A stretch of DNA of 47,424 nucleotides from Selaginella moellendorffii (Eukaryota; Plantae; Lycopodiophyta): NCBI RefSeq assembly GCF_000143415.4, contig NW_003314295.1, positions 1,172,997 through 1,220,420 of the forward strand. The letters are read 5' to 3'. Shown here in pieces: positions 1-11,583 of the stretch (its first letter is position 1; every line of letters starts with the position of its first letter). The position numbers and the translations under genes were made by a program. The notes under the pieces were generated by a model. The model was not told the origin of the DNA, did no database searches, and was given only the letters and a program-made list of their open reading frames with translations.

Positions 1-246
1 AATTAGCACTTCCATTTCTGCATTCAATCTACCAATCCTTCCATTATGTAAATTAGCTATTTCATGTGAGGCAATTAGTCATCCACCTGTATTGCAGTCC
101 TACGGTGGATATCTTCGTCCGTGGATACTCCACACAAAAGGAAGGATGTACACATGGATGCTCAATATGTACAATTTCAAATTCAAGGGTGGGAATATAC
201 CTTGCTCAAGGGTATATTATATTTTTAAGTAGCCATTAATCAATGA

Positions 247-442
247 GAATCGAACCCATGCCATTTGCTCCGATACCATATGTAATCCACTTTATCTCTT
301 TCCTTTTAAGTCAATTGGAAAAGGAGCAATTGCTTGATGAGAAAGCCTTTAGTAGCTATTTTATTTTCATTTATCCCCCAAGGTTCTAAGGATCTATAGT
401 GATAGTATATCCAAATCTCATCCTATAATCACATGCGTTACA
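247..442 (-). mobile_element. LTR + tRNA-Met PBS junction of a small (TRIM-like) LTR retroelement; internal part runs toward the window start
   Basis: 281-442 begins TGTAA and ends TTACA (terminal inverted repeat). On the minus strand it is followed after 2 nt by TGGTATCGGAGC (267-278, one mismatch to the tRNAi-Met PBS TGGTATCAGAGC), then a B-box-like GGTTCGATTC (247-256). Confidence 0.6.
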
Positions 443-449
443 AATAAGG

Positions 450-2340
450 AACATCAAGAGAGAGGTGGGTGATATGACTAGTCTATAATAGCTATCCCAT
501 AACTAAAGATTTCACCATGCACATAAAGTGTTAAAGTCAACTTGCCTATACTAGCCCGAACAAAAAGATTAAAAGATGGACTTAGAGACAATAATATCTT
601 AAAGACTTAATTATCAGTGAATAAATTGTATATGAGAACACAAAAGTATTCCAATGCAATTATCATCCAATAAACTAGTACTATAGGAACCACTAAGATT
701 ATGAAAGGTTAAAGTCAGCCAACAAAATTCAATAGTAAGAATATAATCAAGAAAACTTAATGATAAAGCTTAACTTATGAATGTATCATTAAAAGAAAAT
801 AACATTAAAATCTATCAGAACTAACTTAATGCAATAATTAATAAAACAAAATGATTGTTACAAGGGCCAACAAATATTCATACATGCCAATGATGGCACT
901 TATAAATTTGAATAGATCTCAGTTAACAATATAAAGGAACTCAAGTTGTTTAAGTAAGAGTCTGCAATATCCTATTAATATCTCAAACCTAAAGACTAGT
1001 TTAGAGTAAACCACAAAGAACATATAGTAATGCAAAAAAACCAAAATCTATTAAACTAACAACTAATTAATAATAAATCATCAATCATCCTATCAATAAA
1101 AAGATGCATAATCATTGTCAAAAAAAGAATCCATAATTTTGAAGAATGGCATATCAAGCAAAATCTTTGATAAAGATAATCAATTATTCTAGATAATAAT
1201 CAATCATCATCAATGATTGTCAAATGCAAACACCAACTACAACATCAAAGCTAATGAGATAAAATGCCTTCCTCAACAACTCTTAACAAATGGAATAATG
1301 AGCATAAAAATTCAAGGAACCAAAAGTTTAAAGAAGCCTATATCGAAGTTTCACATAATAATACAAGTCTCACATGAACTAATGGTAATACCAAAGAAAA
1401 AATTATAGTATAACCCATAATATCCTTCTTAACACATCAAGAAGCTAAACTTTATAATGCTAAAGTTAATTAAAAGCATGTTTACATCAATCCAAAAACT
1501 AAACGCAACAAAGTTATGCTCAACAAGTGATCACCAAATGATCTTCCATGAATCTATCTTCTATAGCAAGACATAACTCATTTCATAACAAACATAAGAA
1601 AAATCATTAATGGTCTATATATCCTTAAGTCAAGTTCAACAAGAAACCAATAACTCAATATTAATCACTAACTCTTTCCCTTATAAAGCTAGTAAAGTCT
1701 ATGATTAAATCATGTTTCAAGAAAAAGCTAAAGATTAATCTTTATTAAACAATCTTGTTTAGAAAATACCTAACTTAACTTGCCACTTAGTTTATTTGAA
1801 TATTAACATAGTTATTAACTAGCAAATGCATTAATGCTAATAACATAAAGTTATAGCTAAGTCATCAACACTATTTATATCAAGACTAATAAAACTCAAT
1901 ATCAATCCTATGGAAATATATTTCATTTCACTCTAATCTTAACATCAATAATGTCAACAACAAGGCATCACTCCAATGTTACCAACATCATAACAAAACT
2001 AAAAGATAGCAAGAGTGAACCACCACTCAAAACTCTTTAGTAACCAATCTAACCAAAGTCAAAGATACTCAGTATCGGAAATTAATCCTTCAACAATACT
2101 CAACTACAAATAACACATCATCAAAGAGTAATTCACCACATTTAAGACTCAAAGTAATCTAACACCATAAACTAAACACAACCAAATAGTACCGATAGAG
2201 GTAGAATCAACATGCTAACATAAAAAAACCATATAAGTTTTACTACATAATCCTCTGTAATACCATCTAGTAAAGCATACCCATCATTGTTAAATCATTA
2301 TTAAGCGGAGCAAGTGTCACTTGTCTTCGACAAAGTTTAT
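450..2340 (+). mobile_element. Heavily decayed retrotransposon-like internal sequence (possible Gypsy integrase/3' region)
   Basis: A/C-rich, G-poor, CpG-depleted and stop-riddled. About 1580-1690 reads FITNIRKIINGLYILKSS..NINH*LFPY, only faintly like the GPF/Y integrase C-terminus. Confidence 0.3.
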
Positions 2341-2660
2341 TGTAAGAAACTAAAAAGAACAACTCAAGAGACGATCCATAAGGGCTTAAATATAAAGGGA
2401 AAGGGCCTATGAATAATAATGCACCTTCTTTTCTAATTAGTTAAGGGTCTTGGGATATTTGGGGTTAAACATCCTTGGGTTTGAATAGTACTGAATTGGG
2501 TGACCTCCCGGGAAGTCCAAACTTAGGAGCTTACATTTGGTATCAGAGCGGGTCTCGAGTCCGACTCTGTTGGTTGGTTAGGGGAATCACACCATATGTT
2601 GATTGATATCTGATAGGTCCAATTTGCTCCTACTGGGCTTGACCCAAGGGGTAGGGTGTC
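2341..2660 (+). mobile_element. Cassandra-like TRIM: 5' LTR (2341-2535) with 5S-derived domain, PBS (2538-2549), ~95-bp internal region, PPT (2646-2656); 3' LTR missing or interrupted
   Basis: TGTAAG...CTTACA LTR termini, perfect TGGTATCAGAGC PBS 2 nt after the LTR, AAGGGGTAGGG PPT followed by TGT, and a 5S-like segment inside the LTR. Confidence 0.8.
2463..2518 (+). promoter_or_regulatory. 5S rRNA-derived Pol III internal promoter (A box / intermediate element / C box) inside the LTR; not a 5S rRNA gene
   Basis: GGTTAAACATCCTTGGGTTTGAATAGTACTGAATTGGGTGACCTCCCGGGAAGTCC aligns ungapped at about 44/56 (by hand) to the plant 5S rRNA segment AGTTAAGCGTGCTTGGGCGAGAGTAGTACTAGGATGGGTGACCTCCCGGGAAGTCC as recalled. 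The 5S 5' and 3' ends are absent. Confidence 0.85.
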
Positions 2661-5600
2661 AATTTAATAATAATCACTTTATAATCACTTTAATAATCTT
2701 TATAATCACTTTTTAATCTAATCAAACCATAATAAACTCACTAACACATATAGCCAATATCTCTAATTATAATTAAAGAGGCTAGTTACATATGATCAAC
2801 ACTTAGCTGTAACTAAAGTGCAAACCATGAAATGGATTCATACAAGTACACAACTTCTTAATAGACAAGGCTATAGTGGGTACTAATACTTTAACTATAA
2901 ACAACTAAATTGGATATCATTATCCTTAGCTAAAATGCAAAGCTACTAAGACTAAATTAAGAGTAATGAGAGCTCACTACTTTTATAAAGTGTAACGAAA
3001 TGCAAGGTGCAACCTACCACCAAATATAATACTACAAAGGAAAAGTATAAAGGTCACCATTCTAGAAAAGTGCAACAACCACTTTTCATATGAATTCTAG
3101 ACTCTATCCAACTCAATTGTTTTAGCCTTAAAAATTAACATCTCTTTTAGGCCACGCCATACAAATTACTTACTAAAGTATAAGCCAATTGAAGTAAATT
3201 CAAACCCCTTCACTAATTTGTATTGGCTTACGAAAATGGAATAAGTGATTAAAAGATCAACCATTAGAAAAGCCTAAAAATAATTTGTGGAAAAATTTCC
3301 AACCTAGAGAAAGAATGACTTTCAATTTAGGAATGCAAATTCTCCAAACTTAGCCAACTTCCTCTTATTTACAACTTTACATAAATTCACTTCAACATAA
3401 ATTTTTATGACCCAATAATATGCTTAAGCATCAAACATCATGCCTATATTTTCAACATCCAATATTAAGATCCACAAATGCTTATGAATACTTAAAAACT
3501 TGATTACCAAGATCACATCTTCAGATATCTATATTGCATTAACACTTTTCTTTAATCATCTTCAAGATAAAATGTGAAGCCAAAACACTAACAAAGAAAA
3601 TGACATGAAAAATCAAACTCTAAGGACAACTTCTTATCACTCAATATAATAATGCCACTTTCACTAACACAAGTGCTAATAATGTCAATGCTTCAACTAT
3701 ACACTTTTTCCATCTAACAATTTACTCGAAGTGTTAATGGATAAACTAACAAATCATAACAAGTGAATGCTATAACCTTTTGCAAAACTCAATGGGCAAC
3801 TCTAAAAGAACCAAAGTACCAGCATAATGGATCACTTTCGAGAACTTAGCTAAAGCTACTATAATGCTACTTCTTGCAAGTAAACTAGCATTACTATCAA
3901 CCACTTTGGATTGATTATCATTTCATCAATCAATTTTGTAAACACATTACTCACATTCACATGGATATAATATAATAATCACAATGACTTAATCATTAAT
4001 CAAGAAATACCACAAATACTGCCCATGTCACTACTATAAAGGTTTATTTAAGTATTAAGTGCTAACTTGATTCGACAAAATGTAATATAAATGCCATACT
4101 CCACTAATAAAAATTTATAATATCTAACACCACTAACTTACTCAAGGAACAATAGCAAAGTTCTATGGAAAAGAGTTGAGCATTACAACCCAAACTTTTC
4201 AATAACAATCCTATGGTTTAATGCTTCATCACTATTCATCCCATAACTCACCACTTGTAAGGCCATTATACCTAATATACACCAAAATAGAAACTCTTGA
4301 TTGCATGGTGTGAATTTGAGCAATGAGATCATACTTTGTTGTGAATCATCTCAGGAAAAAAGAATTATGTGTTTGATTTTTCATCCCTGATAACTTTCCT
4401 TTTGTCTTAACTTGACTAAACCTCAAATTTACATTTGCATTGCCTTCAGTCCAATTTAAGAAAAGTTTATGAGAGAGCTCAGTAATAACTACTTGAATTA
4501 ACAAATTAATCCCTATAGTTTTGATTGATCCATTTATAATCATACTTAAGAAGGATCTACTAATACTGTGTTAATAGCTACAGATTACCCTATTTGCCAC
4601 TCTTTGCAAACCCAAGGGAGGTTTAGTTTTACCCACAGTAACATAAAACCACTTATGGTAACCACCAATAGGTTAACATTAATCTTGCCAACTCAAACTA
4701 TATCCTTAAGTTGCTAATGTACCTCACTTGTGAGCCTAAGTGCAAATTCGTGCAAATAGTACATTTCTATCCATTCTATGAGCCCAAGTGCAAGCTCACA
4801 CAATATAATATAAAAAAGTAACCAAAATCCATACCCAAGGAACAAATATAAAGTCATAGCACCCAAACATGTACCCACTTGAATTATCATTTTCATCTCC
4901 ATGTATTCAACAAGACTATAGCTGCCCAATATCATTGGATAGTACTCGCTAAGATTCATCCTCTTATACCAAATATAGCATATGTGGTTTTCACTCTTTA
5001 TCCTATAGTGATTTATTATAAAATAACCATAAAGCGAAACCTAAACCCTCCATATGCATATGTTATATGTCATGTGTCAATGGAGTGGAACTTGAATTTC
5101 AAAGCTTTGGACTATTGAATGAAGGAATGGAGCTAAATAGAGCTTAGGAGTGAAGGAAGTGGGACTCATGAGCATAAGCCTAAAGAATGAAGGGATAGGG
5201 GCACAAAGCAACTTAGAACAATCCTAAAGCATTGAGCATCACCAATATGCAAAACGAAGATAAATGGAGTCTAATGCTATTTTAACATACTATTGGCTTA
5301 ACATGAGGATATGGGTACACCATCATCTAGCATGGTATAGAGCTTGGATTTGGACCCAAATTAGACATAAAACAAAGATAGACATGTAAACAAGAGTTAA
5401 ACTATACCTCAAGTTAGTTAGTTATGCTTGACCTACCCACTATCCCCATTATATATTTGAACCCCCCCTTAAGGAACACAAGCTTTGGACTTTCACTCTA
5501 GTCTTAAAAGTTAGTTTCTAGAACAATCACAAAAATTTACTAAATATAAAATGACACTAATGTAAGATATAAATTTTTCCTTTCCAATTTACTAACTTAC

Positions 5601-8600
5601 CTTATCTCTTTGACTACTATGGCCTTGGCTTTAGTTAAATTCCTTCGCCAAGGTTCCCATCTATTATACTAGCTCATACTTGGTCTTATTTGGTTTCAAC
5701 AAATCATTGCACAAGCAATGAAGCATTAGATATCCATCTATGGGTTCCCAAATTCTTTCCTAATCCCCTTCCCCGGGTTAGACTAGATTTAAAGTTCAGC
5801 TACATTCCTCACATACACAAGTAGCCAAACACACCAAGTTTTTAGGTTCTTAATATGTCTTGGTACAACAAAACTTGATTATAAGACCCTTTAATCCCAA
5901 GCCTAAATCCCAAGCCTTGGGTGTAAAACTTGCTTTGGGACACCGGAGGGAAACACCATGGCTTAACAGCCTGATGTAGGTACTTCTATTCCCCCACTTT
6001 TATCCCGAAAGGAAGGCCCAAGCCCCTAGAAAGGGTAAGGACTAATAACTTGCAAGATACTCAAGTAAGGCACCACTCCATATAAGCTAGAAGCACCATA
6101 GTTGGTTTCCCTTCTAAGAGTGAGAGTTGCTTTTAAGCACTTTTTTAAGTGGCCCCTTTGGCACCACCTGAGTCCATGCTCACTCCCACCCAAAGCCCTT
6201 AAACCCTAACCTTAACCTCAAGTTAGTTTGGAAGCACTATTGAAGAGTTCCTTCAAAACTGATTCCTAAACTTCACTATCCCTACTATACTTTTGGAACC
6301 TTCTATAGCCCCTCCCCCGGGAGACATATGCTTTGGGCTTTCACTCTACAACATATATTAGTATTCGAACTCGGTGTCAGACTTGACGTCGAACTTGATC
6401 TCAGACTTGACCTCGGACTCGGTCTCGGACTCGGTCTCGGACTCGATCTCAGACTCGATCTCGGTCTCGATCTTGGACCTAACCTCGGACTCGATCTCGG
6501 ACTTGGTCTTGGATCTGATCTTAGATCTTGGACTTAGTTTTGAACTCGATCTTAGACTCTGTCTCGAACTCGGTTTCAGAGTTGGACTTCATCAGATAAG
6601 ACTGAATTTGAGATCGAGTCCAAGACCGACTTTGAGACCAAATTCAAGACCTAGTTTGAGATCGAGTTCGAATTCTTTTTCATTTTGGTCGTGCTTTTGG
6701 GGATCCTTTAACCTATGACACCTTGGGGAGTTGGTTCCTCACAACTGGATTGCAAATTTGGACATGAGAACAACACTATTATATTTAGGACAATCTCTAC
6801 ATTTTATAAATATATCCAACTAGCAAATCTAAACCCTTTCATAAATAGTCAATAGGACCTAATAGAACCAACACATAGGGTATGATAATGAGGGTGTTTA
6901 GCAAAGATGGTAAGTTATCATTTGGCAATATTAAGGGACTAGAGCTCAATACATAGGGGTTTTTGTCATTAGTCAATGCAAGACACAATGAGATTGGAAC
7001 TCTTTACCAAGTTAAATATGTTTAGCTAATACTATGCATGAATTCTATCCTTATGGTTGTTTGGTCTAAGTACACTTTAAATGCCCAGTTAACTTTACTA
7101 GCATAAGAGGGATTGATAAAGGGAACTGGCAAAACTAACCTTATGTCATCGTGGCAGTAAGAAAAGAATATCCAAAAAGACTTGTCGACAAGTAACTTTC
7201 AATACTTGCAATCACATTTATAAGGCTTGAGCTAAAATAATATCAATTTCCAAATCCCTAGAAGTTGTCATTGCATGTAAAAAGAAAGTTTAAACCCCTG
7301 CCCTTTTGAACAATTTGATGCATTTCGTAAAAAAATTTAAATGCCTTATACATAGCAAATGCAACATATTTCTACAGGTCCATTGTTGGTTTACATTCCA
7401 TATATTTATAGTTATTGAAATCGACTTGATAGTTTTCTGAAAGTAGCTAGTTGAATTTAGAAAAGACCAACCAATTATAATTAAGAAAACAAAAGAGAAC
7501 AAAGAAAGAAAGAACTTAATTGTATATACTAGCCAACTACATTATCATCATCATGGAAACTAAAAGCCATGTACTTAAGGTCATACAACTCTTTTTTACC
7601 TTGCATATGGAAGAAGTTCATTGAGAACAATACTAGAAGTCTAAACAATTTATTTGGAGTGGTTGGGAGGAACTCTAGTAATGCTAACATAGGTTTCAAT
7701 TCAGACATTGAAAGGTAGACATGTTTAGAATCAACAGTTGTACCCTTTGTAATTTTCTTGGTAGACTTTTGGATAACATTGTTTGCAATGTTTTTGGATC
7801 AATAAGAAAAATATTAGATATAGCAAGAATATAAAACTTACTAAATTACCTTGCTTCAACTAAACATAGATCATTTATAATATCAAGTTTTCCCCCATTA
7901 CACCTTTTCATGCCACTTAAGTGTTTTTAGTGATTTTGAGAGCATGATTAAAACAAAATAACATATCTTATAGTGACCATGAAGGATGAGACTTGCTAAC
8001 ATTTTGGAGTACATCTCAAGTTGATTTGCCAAAGTGCCTCCCTTGGGGTGGAGTTTGTATTGGTTCAAATTTCCACTCAAGCAGCTATTGGTAAAATAAT
8101 GCCATTTGATAAAACAACTTTTGTAAAAATCAAAAAAACAATTTAGTTATAAAGAGAACAATAAAAAAATAAAATAAAACAAAGAACAACAAATTTTAGG
8201 AGGAAGTTTTTCAATCAGTCATATGTCTTTCATGCAATTCAGTTCTTTTTTCATCATATCAAATATAAAATTTCAAAATAGCCCATTCATTTTTTTGTTG
8301 GATCATTGTTGCTATTATAGGTTCAAATGAGCTTTTATCCAATTGATTGTAATCTACTGGCCTAAATACCTATTGTCTACTTTACAACAAAATTAAGTAA
8401 GAACCAAAAGATCTAATCAATATAACTTACCCATCCATGATCATAATTACCACCACCACAATTTTGAGCTTTCTATGCCTTCCTTCAAATTGTTGAAAAA
8501 ATTAGTAATATAAAACTAAAAAAGGAAGCACTCAAAAAAACCTAGATAATTGAGAATTTTTAGCTAAATCAAGACTATTATGAGACAACCCAAGATCAAA

Positions 8601-10900
8601 AGAAAGAACATCCATCTAAGATTTACAAAATTGAAAGTGGAGAAATTAAATAAAGAAAAAGAAACCAAAAGAACATACTTGTGTCGGTGTGAAATAAAAC
8701 ACTAGTAGACTCAGTGTTAAAATACAATCTAGAGCTATTGTGCAAGCTATTGCAGCCATTAGAGACAATAGGAGAAAATCCTAAGCAAAAGAAAAAATTT
8801 CCAAGCCATTATGTCACTATTGAGAATTAAACTGTAATTTGAGCCACTATGCCATAGCTGTACAAGAAATATAAGTTGCACTATAAGTGGTTGTACTAGA
8901 CTAGAGGTGCCATGATTTAAGTTGTGAGTTGTTATGCCAGATCCAAGCTCAGTATTCGATTAAGAAAAATATAAATAATTTAAGCTTGTAGAGTTTTATA
9001 TTAAAAGAAAATTTAGTACATGTGGCAATGTTTAATTTGACCTACTTCAACCTCCAATTACACACTACCATGTATCACCTCAATAGGTTTGCTATATACC
9101 TATTACGTGAGTTCATGGGCACAAACTCACCTAACCCACTAAAACCCATTTCCCAGACTAATGTTTAGCTCACTTGTTCTAAGCAGGAATAGGCTTGCCT
9201 TACCCATAAACCAATCTTCTTTTTAAAATTTTAGTTTTTTGTGATTATTTCCTTTTTAAAAAGTTTTGATAACATATATAAATCTACATAAAAAATAATG
9301 ACACACTCTAAGTGAATAAAAGTTGCTAAGAATTCTCAAGGTGATCGAAAATATAATAATATAAAAAATAAAAAAAACATGAGGATAAAATTGGTGATAT
9401 CATTTGTATATAACATTTATTATTTATTATTGGATGTGTAGTTTAATGAGTTCTAAAAAGGATAATATAGTTATAACTAAAACTTTATATTCTTATTTAT
9501 CATAATATTTTATATAATAAATTATCACACTTAATAAAAGGTATGAAAAATTTATATTTCCATGTGATAAAAACTAATTTATTTTTATTATTCATATTGT
9601 ACAATAAGACATTTTATATTAAAAATTTTTATTTAAATATATTTGCTTAAATGAGTAAAATTTCTCAATTAAGTAGTATTAATATTTTTCTATAGTATAC
9701 TATACTTTCACTATTTACAAAAATGTAATTTAGTTATTTTTATAAGTGAAAAATCCTAAAGAATTAAAAAGTGTAAATAAAATAACTAGATTTTTACTGT
9801 AGTTCTTTAAACTATTACTATAAGTGTTTAAATATACCTATATAATAACTATATTTAATATGAAGATAAAGAAAGTTAATTGTGAATTCATATTACACAA
9901 TTATAATATAAATATAGTAATGTGAAATATTGTTTTTTTATTATTATTGTTATTAATTGTATTTAATCCAAATTTTAAACATGATATATGTTAAAGTATT
10001 GCTGAATAAATTTAATATTTTTTTAATCATTTACTCAAACCATTTTTATATAAATATAGAGAATATAATAAGTTATAAAATTTTAGCTATGGTTTTTAAA
10101 ATAGAATTTAAAGTTTAAAATGACTTTTAATAGTTGTAATTTATAACCAGTTTTAGTTAAAAATATTTTATTTTAAAACTATTAAAATATTTTATTGATT
10201 TGTCAATTTTTATAGTAATTCTCTATTATATTTTACTAGCATATAGACTACTACTAAACACAGTTGGCAAGAAAAATTTAGTAAAATATTTTTTTTAGAT
10301 TCATAAAAATCCTAAGTTTATGCTTTAAATTACAAGTGACAATTCCAACTATTGTAGTGATTATATTATAACTTTTAATGATTGAGTTTGGCACAGTTGA
10401 AGTAATAGTGCTTGATTAGGGGTTTAATGTTGTCAAATTTTCCATTTATAATTTTGACAAAAGAGTTAGATGTTGGAAATGTACTTATTATTGATGTAAA
10501 TTAGACTTGAATTTATTTTTATAAAGGATGAAAGCTAAACAAATCTTCTAAATGAAAATATAAAAATTGTTAAAGAAAATAGTAGAAAAAGTTGCTGAAA
10601 CTCCTAAAGAAGATGAATGGTTTGTTTACTTTTATTATTTTAGTTTTACTAAAATATATATATATACCTGATTGTGGTTATCGACCGATTGTGAAAGTGC
10701 CAAACAACAGATTAATTCACAATTCGAAACAATCGGGACCATTCATGGTTAATAGTGAATATAAGCCCAATTTAAAAGTTAAAATATTCAAAAGTTACAT
10801 ACCAAAAGTCTTTTGAAGATGAAGGAAAAAATCCCCACCTTTCTAAAAGACCTAAATTAATTCCTAGAACTTTTAAAAAATGTTTAAAGAGATTCGAACC
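2661..10900. other. AT-rich, CpG-depleted degenerate repeat/transposon DNA with no credible intact gene
   Basis: Only short low-complexity ORFs. Extreme AT content at 9200-10600. Abrupt compositional switch at ~11,050. Confidence 0.6.
6363..6672. repeat. Degenerate 6/12-bp tandem array (CTCGGACTCGAT-like) whose last ~70 bp is in inverted orientation
   Basis: Repeated ctcgga/ctcggt/ctcaga/ctcgat units at 6363-6590. The end AGTTTGAGATCGAGTTCGAA (~6653-6672) is nearly the reverse complement of the start TTCGAACTCGGTGTCAGACT. Confidence 0.8.
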
Positions 10901-11583
10901 TTTAAAAGGAAAGCCATAGCAGATTTCAAGTCTACAAACTATCCAACACTTCTTTCATCACACACTTAACACAATGCTTGTTTGACTGATACTGACATAT
11001 AAAATCATATATGTACTACAAAGATTTGAATTAGAATATCCAGAGCATTTTGTTTGTGGTGGTATCTAGAATCTTGCTGATCCAGTTTCACCCAATGGAA
11101 ACTTGACGCGTGGCATCACTTGGTTCCTACCCCCGTTAAATCTAACCCTGCCTCCACTAAAATAAAAAGAAAAAAGCTCTAGGGCTTGCGTGATTAGGTC
11201 TGGAGCGGCCTCGCGAGTTTTGCTCGACTTCGATGCGATTCCACCCCCCTGTGAGGATTCTGTGAGCTCCGGCGCCTCCCGATGAGCAGGATGTGCTCGA
11301 TCTTGATGAGCATTGCCCGGATTGACAATTCGCTGATAGCATTCTTCGTGTGGATCGATACTTAGCGCACAGGGATGGGGGACGAAGACGCCGCCGAGAT
11401 TGGCTGATTGATGCCAAGGCCGCCCTGCGCCAGGCCAAAATCTAGGTATTCTTCCTTCTTTCTTTCTTCTTCTTCTTCCTCTTCCTCCTCCTCCTCTTCT
11501 TGCGCATCGCCATCGGCAAGAAATCCAGAGATTTCCACCAGCAGCAGCAATCCGGCAGAGATTCTTCTCCGGGAAGAAGAAAT

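Noticed and set aside
2463-2518. Functional 5S rRNA gene
   Set aside because: Only the internal ~56 nt match; both termini are absent and the segment sits inside an LTR.
6328-6718. ORFs with LDLGLDL / SDSVSDS repeats, or a CRISPR-like array
   Set aside because: These are translations of a 6/12-bp tandem repeat; there are no unique spacers and the context is eukaryotic.
6977-7010. hAT-like TRWNS motif (reads CKTQ*DWNSL)
   Set aside because: Spacing is wrong and there are no other hAT motifs nearby.
10240-10275. Possible CACTA terminus (GACTACTACTAAA)
   Set aside because: First base mismatched and no partner terminus identified.
11500-11583. 28-aa N-terminal extension of exportin-T
   Set aside because: It starts at TTG; homologues begin at MDD (ATG 11584).
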